A stretch of DNA of 64,000 bases from Longimicrobiales bacterium (lineage in GTDB: Bacteria; Gemmatimonadota; Gemmatimonadetes; Longimicrobiales; Gaopeijiaceae). Each line of letters opens with the position of its first letter. Position 1 is the first letter of the stretch. The DNA lies in assembly GCA_965248195.1 (NCBI GenBank), contig CBDFIQ010000002.1, forward strand, positions 2,048,001 to 2,112,000. Direction: 5' to 3'. Position numbers and translations under genes: made by a program. The notes under the pieces were generated by a model, which searched no databases, was not told the DNA's origin, and saw nothing but the letters and a program-made list of their open reading frames with translations. Positions 1-9,500 of the stretch are shown here, in pieces.

Positions 1-55
1 CGGTCAGCGGGTACGCAGGTAGGTTCTGAAACCGCCGGCTCCGCTCAGGGGCCAA
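1..55 (-). CDS. Partial (5' end) probable PLP-dependent class I/II aminotransferase, LL-diaminopimelate aminotransferase-like
   Basis: TTG at 55 overlaps the FAH gene end and reads MAPERSRRFQNLPAYPLT, resembling the S-x-R-x-x-x-L-P-x-Y-x-F/L N-terminus of DapL-type enzymes. Only 18 codons are visible. Confidence 0.35.
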   Translation of the reverse strand, partial: MAPERSRRFQNLPAYPLT

Positions 56-677
56 CGTCCCCTTCTCCCTCGACCGGATTACGGAGGATATCCAAGCCCT
101 CCAGTTCGACCTCCACTTCATCCCCGGGCGAGAGCGAGCCCACGCCCTCGGGCGTGCCCGGCGACACGATGTCACCCGGCTCGAGCGTCATGATTCGGGT
201 GATGTAGGAGATCAGGGCCGGTATTGAAAATACCATCTCCGATGCCTGCGCTCGCTGACGCTCTTCGCCGTTTACGCGGGTGACGAGCGTGACCCCCGGA
301 AAATCGCCGGGGGAGACCGAAGACACTGCACCGATGGGGCAAAACGTGTCGAATCCCTTGGCCCTGGCCCACTGATCGTCGCTGGCCTGCAGATCTCGCG
401 CTGTAACGTCGTTTAGCGGGACGACCCCATCAATCACGCTCCAGGCCTCGGCCTCCGACACGTGTCGAGCCTTCGTCCCGATCCGTACGGCGATCTCACC
501 TTCGTAATGGACCCGGCCGACGGCTTTCGGCAACACGATGGAGTCCCCCGACGCGATGATGCTCGACGGCGGCTTCAGGAAGATCAACGGCTCGGAGGGG
601 ACGGCACTACCGAGTTCGGCAGCGTGTGCTTTGAAGTTCTTGCCCACGCACACGACTTTTGTGGGAGGAGGAGTCAT
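45..677 (-). CDS. Fumarylacetoacetate hydrolase family protein
   Basis: Motifs KVVCVGKNF-AHA-E, P-IFLKP, HYEGE, NDVTARDLQ, W-RAKGFDTF-P-G and TLEPGD-V-GTP-GV. Confidence 0.93.
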   Translation of the reverse strand: MTPPPTKVVCVGKNFKAHAAELGSAVPSEPLIFLKPPSSIIASGDSIVLPKAVGRVHYEGEIAVRIGTKARHVSEAEAWSVIDGVVPLNDVTARDLQASDDQWARAKGFDTFCPIGAVSSVSPGDFPGVTLVTRVNGEERQRAQASEMVFSIPALISYITRIMTLEPGDIVSPGTPEGVGSLSPGDEVEVELEGLDILRNPVEGEGDVGP

Positions 678-696
678 TCGCCGCGGCCGCCTGCCG

Positions 697-897
697 TCAG
701 TCCTCGATCGGCTGGGTGTGCAGCCATGTGCCGATGACCGCCCCCAGCCCGGCTATCGTGAGGAACGTGGCGATTACAGCCCACCAGAAGCCGATATCGG
801 AATGACCGGCGGACCAACCGGTCGCAGAATCATCCCACGCGAAGCCGGCCAGCACAAGAATCCCGACGCCCGCCCCTATGCCCAAAACACGAGTCAT
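697..897 (-). CDS. Small membrane protein (66 aa, two hydrophobic segments)
   Basis: Fills the gap between co-oriented genes; GAGGGA RBS-like sequence upstream; two hydrophobic stretches. Confidence 0.7.
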   Translation of the reverse strand: MTRVLGIGAGVGILVLAGFAWDDSATGWSAGHSDIGFWWAVIATFLTIAGLGAVIGTWLHTQPIED

Positions 898-954
898 ACG
901 TCATCCCTCATGAAGAAACACGACCCCGGGTAAGACCCTGGGGACCGGCGGAAT

Positions 955-3510
955 CTATGGTCGCCCCGATGCGCCTGCCACCCCACCCTCGGCATAAAAC
1001 TCCTTCAGGCATCGGATCAGATCGGTCCACGGCCCCTTCCTCAGTGGAGCGGGGGGCAACGATTCCCGGAGGTATGCGCCGTAGCTCTTGCGGACGACGC
1101 GATCGTCGAGGATCAGGATCGCACCGCGATCCTCCCGGGATCTCACCAGCCGACCGAAGCCCTGTTTGAGCTTCAATGCCGCCAGCGGAAGCACGAACTC
1201 CGTGAACGAGCTGCCCCGCCGTCGTTCGATCGCTTCGATTCTCGCCGCCGTTATGGGCTCCGTCGGGACCTTGAACGGCAGTCGCTGGATGATGAGTCCC
1301 CTCAGAGCCCGCCCCGGCACGTCCACGCCCTCCCAGAACGACGCCGTTCCAAGCAGAATTCCCGAACCCGCCTCGATGAAGCCCTCCAGCAAGCGGACCC
1401 GCGTGTCCTCGCCCTGGACGAAGAGCGGCCATCGAACCGCCCCATCCTCGCGCAGCAATTCCGCGACCCGGCGGAGCGCACGGTGGGACGTGAACAGCAC
1501 GAAGGTCCCCCCGCCGGAGATGCTGCAGACCTCCCTGATCACCTCGGCCGTCGCCTCTTCGAAGACACCCCCTGGCTCATTCACATCGGGCAGATCCGTG
1601 GGAACAACCAATAGTGTCTGTTCCTTGAACGCAAACGGCGAGTGTATGATAGACTCTGTGACCTCTAGTTTTACATCAGACTCTGACAGGTCGCCCTCCT
1701 TCAAGCCGATCCGGCTTCGGAGGAAGCCGAAGGACGCCTTGGTCGCCAAAGTGGCGGAACACAGGGCCACGGACTCGACCTTCTCGAAGAGGTGCTCTCG
1801 AAGAAGGTCACCCACTTCGATGGGGGCGGAAGCGATCACGAGATTCCGGTTCTTTCCTCGCGCCTTACCCCGCCACTGCAGCCAGCGCACGAAGCGCTCC
1901 TCTTCCACGTCTGCGTCGAGAACGGTGTGAAGCGTGTGGGCTGAGTCCGCCAGGCGGCGCTCGCCACTCCGTAAATCCAACAGGCGTCCCTCCAATCCCT
2001 CGGCCAAGGTGTCGTGGTCCTCCAAGCGCTCCCGCACATCGCGCACCCCCCTTCCCAGCCGTCGAAAGGCCGACACCAGCCCGTCGAGGCGTTCGCGGAC
2101 GTCGGGTTGCGACGCGGGCTCGGGCATCTCGGCGGTACCGATCCGCACGGCACCCATCGCGTCGGATGGCAGAAGCGGCTCCAACGCGTCGAGGAACAGC
2201 GTAAGCCGGGCCCTGGCCTCCTCGAGAGCTGGACGCACCCGTTCCTCGATCCGTGATCTCAGCTCCATGGCCGGCTCTCGCTCCGTCCTGCCGGCCAGGG
2301 CATCCTGGAGCGCCGTAAGCACGCCCCGCCCACGGCGATCCAGGCGGGCCAACATCTGAAACATTCCGCGACGCGTGACTTCCAGTCCGAGATGTGACGT
2401 AGCCGCGTCCTCGATGTTGTGCGCCTCGTCGAGGATCAGATGTCTATACTCAGGGAGCACGGCGGAGGCCTTGTAGTTCTGTGTCGCGATTCGTACCGAG
2501 AGATCGCTGAAAAGAAGGTGGTGGTTGGTGATCAGCAGAGTCGCCGACGCCGCCCTACGCCGCGAGCGTTGGTAGAAGCACGCTTGAAAGTGAGGGCAGC
2601 GTGCGCGAAGACAGATGTCGGGGTCGCTTTTCACCTCGTCCCACACATCCTCGCCGGGCAGGAACGTGAGGTCGGCACGGGACCCGTCCTCCGTCCGGCC
2701 GATCCACTCGAGTAGCTGGTCCAACTCATCTGCACGATCGTCCGGAAAAAGAAGCGGGGCGGACTCTGCCGCCAGCCTGGCCCTCCGGATGGAGATGTAG
2801 TTCCCCCTCCCCTTGACGAGCTCCCAGTCGACCTCCTCCCCCACGAGCTTACGCACCAGCGGTAGGTCCTTGTCGTCCAGTTGCTCCTGGAGGTTGATCG
2901 TGTTGGTGGAGATCACCGTCCGCTCCCCGTTCCGCAGAGCCCACTCCGCCGACGGAATGAGGTAGGCCAGCGATTTGCCCGTGCCCGTACCCGCCTCGAC
3001 CAGTGTGACGCCGCCTCGGTTGTACGTCTCGGCGACTCGACGGAGCATGGCGCGCTGCCCCGGCCGGTCCTCGTACGCGGGATGTTCCTGCACGAGTGGG
3101 CCCGCCGGGCCGATCAGGGCCTCGAGTCGATCGATCTCCAGCGGCTGAACCACCCTCGGTTTCGGCGGCTCGACGACAACGAAAAGCCGACCTGCGTCGT
3201 TGTTGGTGATCGCGGTCCCGATGCCTTCTTCGTACAGGCGCGCCGCAACACTCAAGTCCGCGTCGGAGGGCTCCAGATCGCCGGAGGGATGGTTGTGGAT
3301 CATGACCGAGCCCTCATCCGCATCGCGGGCGGCGGCCAGCACCGCAGCATGGTTGCCGCGGGCGACTGCCCTCGGCTCCACCAGCATTCGATCAGGGTCG
3401 ACTCGAGCGAGAAAGCACACTTCCCTACCACCGGCCTTCCCCACCTCCGCCCGAATCTGTTCGGCGGCCGTCGGTGAGAGACGGAGATCGGACGTGGTTG
3501 AAGAGGGCAC
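955..3510 (-). CDS. DinG/YoaA-family helicase with N-terminal RadC-like JAB/MPN domain
   Basis: N-terminal E...HNHPSGDLEPSDAD; Q motif RPGQ; Walker A EAGTGTGKS; STNTINLQEQL; DEAH; SATL; FWEGVDVPG; QGFGRLVR. Confidence 0.92.
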   Translation of the reverse strand: MPSSTTSDLRLSPTAAEQIRAEVGKAGGREVCFLARVDPDRMLVEPRAVARGNHAAVLAAARDADEGSVMIHNHPSGDLEPSDADLSVAARLYEEGIGTAITNNDAGRLFVVVEPPKPRVVQPLEIDRLEALIGPAGPLVQEHPAYEDRPGQRAMLRRVAETYNRGGVTLVEAGTGTGKSLAYLIPSAEWALRNGERTVISTNTINLQEQLDDKDLPLVRKLVGEEVDWELVKGRGNYISIRRARLAAESAPLLFPDDRADELDQLLEWIGRTEDGSRADLTFLPGEDVWDEVKSDPDICLRARCPHFQACFYQRSRRRAASATLLITNHHLLFSDLSVRIATQNYKASAVLPEYRHLILDEAHNIEDAATSHLGLEVTRRGMFQMLARLDRRGRGVLTALQDALAGRTEREPAMELRSRIEERVRPALEEARARLTLFLDALEPLLPSDAMGAVRIGTAEMPEPASQPDVRERLDGLVSAFRRLGRGVRDVRERLEDHDTLAEGLEGRLLDLRSGERRLADSAHTLHTVLDADVEEERFVRWLQWRGKARGKNRNLVIASAPIEVGDLLREHLFEKVESVALCSATLATKASFGFLRSRIGLKEGDLSESDVKLEVTESIIHSPFAFKEQTLLVVPTDLPDVNEPGGVFEEATAEVIREVCSISGGGTFVLFTSHRALRRVAELLREDGAVRWPLFVQGEDTRVRLLEGFIEAGSGILLGTASFWEGVDVPGRALRGLIIQRLPFKVPTEPITAARIEAIERRRGSSFTEFVLPLAALKLKQGFGRLVRSREDRGAILILDDRVVRKSYGAYLRESLPPAPLRKGPWTDLIRCLKEFYAEGGVAGASGRP

Positions 3511-3515
3511 GGGCC

Positions 3516-4769
3516 TCAGGTCTTGAGTTGCTGCTTCCTGGCCGCCGGGAAGAGGACGTTGTTCAGGATGAGCCGATACCCGGGAGAAGCGCGGTGCAGA
3601 TCCAGATCGGTGGGTGGGTCCCCGATCTGATGCTCCGGATCTTCGGGATCATGTCCGCCGAAATACGTCCAGGTCCCCTCTCCATAGTTACCGTGCACGT
3701 ACTTCGCAATGTCACCGTCCTTCGCCAGCACGATGGTGCCGGGCTTGAGCCGGTTCATCCGAAACGAGGTGGTGAGTCCATAGAAATCCGGAATCACCGC
3801 CACATGGTTCTGCGTGAGCATCGCGGGCACGGGATCGAATTTGGCCGAGAAGTCGAAGAGGGTGAACGCCCCAAGCTCGAGGCGCCAGGGCGTGTTCACC
3901 TGGTGTGCATCGATGTCGCTGAAGGCGTTCACGGACGAACCGGTCTGCACTACGCCATCCATAAAGGCCATTGCGAGATCCCATTCCATCCTGCTTGTAG
4001 CGTTCGGATCGGGCGGCGTCCCGTCCGCATACACGGCCGCGATGTCAGCGTGCTCGGCGCCGAGTGCGAGCTCGAGCGTCTCGGTGGCTGAACACATGGC
4101 CAACAGGAATCCGCCGTCTTCCACGTACTGACGGAGCTGCCGGGCGACGCCCTTCTTGAGGTCCGGCACACTCGCGAACCCCATCCGCTCCGCCATCTCT
4201 TCGTTCCGGGACACCTCTTCCTGGAGCCAGGCGGACCCGGCGTAGGTGATGAAAAACTTGGAGTACTGCCCGGTGAAGTCCTCGTGGTGCAGATGGAGCC
4301 ACTCGTACTCGTCCAGTCTCCCCCGGATGACGTCGTCGTCCCAGATGGTCTCGTACGGAATCTGAGCATACTCGAGCGCCATCGTGACGGCGTCGTCCCA
4401 CGGTGTGCTGTTAGGAGGCGTATAGATCGCCACCTTAGGCGCTTTTTCCAAGATGACCGTCTCCATGTTCGAATCGGCGATCACGGCTCGGATCCCCGCG
4501 ACGTCGGCGCCACTCACCACCTCGGTGGTGATGCCTCGCAGCGCAGCCTGGCGGCGTAGACCCTCCATGTTGGGCAACAGGAAGGATCCTCCCCTGTAAT
4601 TGAGCAACCACTCGGCCGCTCCGTACTGTTCGAGAGCCCAATAGGTGAGGCCGTACGCCTTGAGATGGTTCTCCTGCGAGCGATCCATAGGGACGAGCAA
4701 CGACTGGGCAGCTCCCGGCAACGGCCAGGTCAAGAACGCCAGGACCAACAGGGCCCGAACCATCCTCAT
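3516..4769 (-). CDS. Exported class I glutamine-amidotransferase-like protein (family often loosely annotated asparagine synthetase B in FCB bacteria)
   Basis: Signal peptide MRMVRALLVLAFLTWPLPGAA; motifs HLKAYG, WLLNYRGGSF, PWDDAVT, LHLHHEDFTGQ, AMCSAT, GHDPED and GYRLILNNVLFPAA. Confidence 0.8.
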   Translation of the reverse strand: MRMVRALLVLAFLTWPLPGAAQSLLVPMDRSQENHLKAYGLTYWALEQYGAAEWLLNYRGGSFLLPNMEGLRRQAALRGITTEVVSGADVAGIRAVIADSNMETVILEKAPKVAIYTPPNSTPWDDAVTMALEYAQIPYETIWDDDVIRGRLDEYEWLHLHHEDFTGQYSKFFITYAGSAWLQEEVSRNEEMAERMGFASVPDLKKGVARQLRQYVEDGGFLLAMCSATETLELALGAEHADIAAVYADGTPPDPNATSRMEWDLAMAFMDGVVQTGSSVNAFSDIDAHQVNTPWRLELGAFTLFDFSAKFDPVPAMLTQNHVAVIPDFYGLTTSFRMNRLKPGTIVLAKDGDIAKYVHGNYGEGTWTYFGGHDPEDPEHQIGDPPTDLDLHRASPGYRLILNNVLFPAARKQQLKT

Positions 4770-6544
4770 GATTCCGCCCCTCTCAGGATCCGCTGTAGCT
4801 CACGGCGGGCCGTCGGCACCATCGCACTGTTGGGCTGGCTCAGGATGAGGTTCTCCAGGAGCCGGATCGCCTCGTCCACACCCTCCGGCGTCGCGCCCAT
4901 GAAACGCGCGAGCTCGAGCGCGGCCTCTGGGACCTCCGAAGAGTACGGATGGTCGCGCATGATCCGCCCCCTGAATCGCGCCGCCCGCTCCGGCGCGAGC
5001 CCCCCGTCCGCGATACGGGCGCCCATCGCGAGCAGCGGCGGTCGCTCGTCCTGGAGCGCGGCGTCGATAGCGGCCTCCAGTTCAGACAGCGCCCCCTCGG
5101 CGCGCCCGTGGTGCGCCAGGACGGCGCTCCGCATGAAAGCCGCGAGCGCCTCTCCTTCAAGCCGGTCGAGAAGGTCCAAAAGCCCGATTACCTCCGTAGC
5201 GATTTCGGGGGAGACACCGGAGAGTGCGTCCTGTAGAGCGGTGCGGCCCGGTATCACTTCCCCGCCGGCCAGATAGAGGTAACCACGCTCGAGAGCGCTC
5301 CTCGGGCCCGCTACACCCGCCAAGAGCGTTCGGGCGCCCTCCCGATCCCCGTCGGAATCGAGCTGAACGGCCACGGCGACCGCCAACTCATCCAGTTGGG
5401 GCGCATCCGGGAACTCCCTCGCGAACGCCGCCAGCGACTCCCTCATCTCCGCCATCTCCGCTCCACCGCGATCGATCCCGAGCCGAATGATCTCCGCGAG
5501 CGCCCGCCGGCGGTCGACATTACCCTCGGGGAGATCGTCGGCGATGGCGTGCTGGGCCTCGAGGGCTCGTAACGTGTCCCCGGTCGCGAGCGCCGCAAGG
5601 GTGATGCGTTGATCCAACGCCCGGGTTTCAGCATCATTGCCTGCGCTCTCGCGGAGGGCCTCGTACGCCCAAAGCACTACTCCCATGGCGGAAACCTCTT
5701 GAGCCTGTCGAGCGAGAGCCGTCAGAAAGCCCCGGCGCGGCCGGTCCGCCAGATTTTCCAGGGCGGTTTCAGCCAGGGCCCTCGCCTCGTCAAAGACACC
5801 CGCCTCGAGGGCGATGCGGGCCCCCGCGCGAAGCCGAGCTCCGGTCGTGGGGGGCTGCCACAACTGTTCGAGAAGAGGAAGCACGAACGTTTCTCGGTCC
5901 TCCTCGATCTCCCCTACTCTTCGCATCACCGCAGATACCTGGGACCCCTCGCTGCCGATGACCGCAGCCCACTCGAGGACCGCCTCCTCCGTGCGGCCAA
6001 GGTCGTTCAAGAGATCGCCCGCCTCCATGGCGAAAAGAGACGGACGCCCGAGCTCGGTCCGGCCCCGCTCCAAGACGGACAGGGCCCGCTCGGGACCGAA
6101 GACTCGAGCAAATACAGTTCTTATCTCCCGATAGGGCTCCGCTGAGGACCCGGCGCTGTCCATCCAGTCCTCGGCCGCAACCTCGAGCCCGCTCCCATCG
6201 TCGAGCTCCGCATACACCCGCAGCTCGAGGAGCCTTGGACCCGAAGCGTTCGGCTCCAGGTTAATGAATCGCTCGGCGAAGGGCAGGATCTCACGAATGC
6301 GGTCTTGAGCCCGAAGGACTCGTTCCAAGGCCAACATGCCGGGGGTGGACGTGGGTCGCTCGCCCAGGAGGCGCCGTAGGGTCTCCTCGGCTCCCTCCAG
6401 GTCACCCGAGGACTCCTCACTGGCCGCAGCCCGGAGCAGGCGTGTCTCCAAGCCAGGACCGTCTACCTGGGCATGGACCCCGAAGGGCCGAAGAAGGGCC
6501 ACGCAAAGGATAACGACGCTCCATCTCCATTCGGTGTTGCTCAC
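4766..6544 (-). CDS. Exported tetratricopeptide-repeat (alpha-solenoid) protein
   Basis: Signal peptide ending VHA-Q; Ala/Leu/Glu/Arg-rich helical repeats; C-terminal YPxS/PNS TPR-like turns; 4-bp overlaps with both neighbours. Confidence 0.8.
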   Translation of the reverse strand: MSNTEWRWSVVILCVALLRPFGVHAQVDGPGLETRLLRAAASEESSGDLEGAEETLRRLLGERPTSTPGMLALERVLRAQDRIREILPFAERFINLEPNASGPRLLELRVYAELDDGSGLEVAAEDWMDSAGSSAEPYREIRTVFARVFGPERALSVLERGRTELGRPSLFAMEAGDLLNDLGRTEEAVLEWAAVIGSEGSQVSAVMRRVGEIEEDRETFVLPLLEQLWQPPTTGARLRAGARIALEAGVFDEARALAETALENLADRPRRGFLTALARQAQEVSAMGVVLWAYEALRESAGNDAETRALDQRITLAALATGDTLRALEAQHAIADDLPEGNVDRRRALAEIIRLGIDRGGAEMAEMRESLAAFAREFPDAPQLDELAVAVAVQLDSDGDREGARTLLAGVAGPRSALERGYLYLAGGEVIPGRTALQDALSGVSPEIATEVIGLLDLLDRLEGEALAAFMRSAVLAHHGRAEGALSELEAAIDAALQDERPPLLAMGARIADGGLAPERAARFRGRIMRDHPYSSEVPEAALELARFMGATPEGVDEAIRLLENLILSQPNSAMVPTARRELQRILRGAES

Positions 6545-9500
6545 CGGATCGTGCCCCGCGGTCCAGCGCGGCGCTCGGCCCGATTGAGCCGCTCGAAGTA
6601 CTCGAGCACCATCTGGCGTTGGGCCGGGGAGAGCCGTTGGAGCTCCTCCGCCGTGGGGGGCTGAAAGCGTAGCGCGCCCATGTCCTCCGGAGAGAGCACT
6701 TCGACCTCATTTCGCTCGAACTGGCCGGGCGCCGAAGATTCGCGCTCATCCGAATATTCTTCCTTCTCCAGGCTCCGTCCTGCATCGAGCAGCCGGTGGA
6801 AGAGCCTCTCTTGGCGCTGAAGCGTCTCGACGTCCAGGATCTCTCGTGCAAGCCTCTCGGCGAGTGCCTGAGCCTCCAGAGCCAGGGCCTGAAGATCGCC
6901 TAGGGCTTGAGCTTGGTCCGGCGGCCGATCCGCGAGTCCACCGAGTTGATTTGCGATTCTTTCTTGGCCCGCCGCCGCCTCTCGCAGCTGGCTCGCCTGC
7001 GCCTGCTGCCCGAGCTTCATGGGAGTGATCTGCCCGGTGCGCTGGTTCAGGGAGCCTTGTTGCTGGGCGATCTGCTGAAGCTGCTCGGTGACCTCTTCTC
7101 CGGACTCCCCCTGAGGCCCCGTCCCCTGGGCCTTGGCAGCCGACGCCGCCATCATGGCGGCTTCATTGAGCGCCGCGACCGCCTGCTCTGCGGCGCTGGC
7201 GGGAGACGGCGTGTCTCCACGCTGACTCTCCAGCGCATCGAGCGTCTCTTGTATGGCCTCCATCGCCTGGCCCAACTGCCCGGCGACCTCATCGCTCCCT
7301 TGGTCCCCCGACATCTCGGCCGAGAGGTTGTCCGCCGTGTTTCGGACTCCTTGGAGCAGCGCCGCTTCATCGCTACGCATGCTCGAGAGATCCTCACGAT
7401 TCGCACCACGCATCCGGTCCTGCAGGGCCGTCTGCTCGCGAGCTAGCGACAACGCATCCGTGGCCGTTTGCTCCAGGGCCTCCTGAGCGGCCTCCATGTT
7501 CTGCTGGGCCATCTGCTGCTGTCCCTGCTGCAGTTGCTGGGACATTTGGCTCAGGGCGTCCGCCGCCTGCTGGGCGGTCTCAGACGCCTGCTGGGGTTCG
7601 CCGTCCCGTGCCTGTTGGGCGGCCTCAGACATCGACTGCTGCGCCCGCTGGCCCTGGTTTTGGGCCTGCTCCACCGCCTCACGCGCCTGCTCCTCACCAG
7701 ACTCCGCCAACCGCTCCTGCAAATCATCGAGCGACTCGTTCAGATCCTGAGCACGGGCCTGCAACGCCTCCTGCTGCTCGGCCCTCAGCTCAGGGGAGTC
7801 CCCCTCCTTCATGGCGTCGGCCAGCGCCTGCTCCTGTTGGGCCAGTTCTTCCGCCTCCGCAGCGGTCGCCCGGAAGTCCTGTTCCATCGCTGCCCGCTCG
7901 AATTGCTCGATCGCTGCCTCCAGCCGATCTCGAAGAGCTTCCTGGTCCCCCGCCAACTCCCTGAGCGCCTCGTTGGCATCGTCGGCCGTCATCTCCTCGA
8001 TCTGTTCCGTGAGTTCCGACAGACGCTCCTCCAGACTCTCGGGTGCCAACTCATTCAGGAGTCTCTGGAGTTCCCTGATCTTCTCCTGAAGCTCCGGATC
8101 AGCGAGTCCGGTCGCCTCGAGGTCCCGGTTCAGTTCGGCCATTTCCGTTTCGAGGGAGTCCAGCGCGGCCAGTAGCTCCTCCTGCGCCTCCAGAGCTTCG
8201 CGGACCTCCTCTTGCTGGTCGAAGTCCAAACGCTCTTCGGATTCCTCTCTCCGGGTTTGGCTTTCAGCGTCACGCTGATTCGAGAGCTCACTTTCGAGCT
8301 CCTGCGTCTCCGCGGCGCGCTCCTCCGCCTGACTCGCCAACCGCTCCACACCGCGTGCGGCCTCGTCCAGACGCTCCTGGGCCTCCCGCCTCAGATCAGC
8401 GGCGGTGGGCAGTCTGAGTACGTACTCGCGCGTCTCACTCACGTTGGGGATCGGAGCGTTGTCCACCGCCCTCGCGAAGTACCGGATGGTGTCTCCGGGT
8501 AACAGCTCCCAGCTCGTGAGGTCGATGACCGGGCGAAGCAACGCCCCCCGTGTCCCCCCGACGGGTATGGGTTGTTCCACCGGAGTCAGGCGGTCCCCGA
8601 ACGCGGTCACCCGATAGACGACCAGGGCCAGGTGGTCCAACCCGTAGTCGTCCGCGGCCTCCAGGACGAGCGGCTGCCTGAGGGAGACCGGGAGGAGTGT
8701 ATCCCGGCCGGGGAGCAACACCGAGATATCGGGGGCGGAGTCGGGCACCATCGTGAGTACGAGGGGCGGCGGGAGGATCTCCGCCGGCTCGCCATCGACA
8801 CCGGTGAATCTCCATTCGTATATACCGCTCACTCGTGGCGTCCATCGGCCTTCGAAGCCGCGGCCATTCACGGTGATTTCCGCCTCTGCCCCGGCCCCTA
8901 CCTCCGCCCCTGCCTCCGCCCCTGCCTCCGCCTCTGCCTCCGCGTCTCCCTCCGCCTCTCCGTCGCTGCGTTCCAATCCTGCGGAAAGAAGCGGACGGCT
9001 GGCTTGTCCCTCGAACGAGAATACGCTCCTCACCGGAATTCGGAGTGGGGGCACCACGACGCCGTATTCCTCGGGGGAACGGCCCGTGTGCGGGGGGAAG
9101 GAAATCCGCACGATCAGGTCGCCGACCAGGAGCGGGTCCACCGGCTGAAGCCGGTATTGGGGCGACATCGCTCCATCCGGAGCCTGAACCCAATAGTCGG
9201 TTCGCGCCGTGACCCTGCGGAGCACGAACGATCCCCGGTCTCCGTCCAGTTCGATCAGTTCTTCGAGCTCGACGTCGCCGGCAGCCTGCCAGTGGACGGT
9301 CACCGTCGTCCGGCCGGGCGCAGACACCTCCATAGGCACATCGGAGCCCCTCAGGACTTCGACGTTTCCGGGAGTCACCACGAGTGCCGGCAGGGTCGGT
9401 CGCGCCATCAACTCGAACGGCCTCGCCAGCCCGGCCCACGCCATGAGAGATCGTCCCGGCGCCATCACGGTGAGGAGCACCACGAGCGGCATCAGCAGAA

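Noticed and set aside
955..3510. DinG as a type IV CRISPR (CasDinG) or defence component
   Set aside because: No csf/cas genes, array or mobile-element context; the neighbours are housekeeping or envelope genes.
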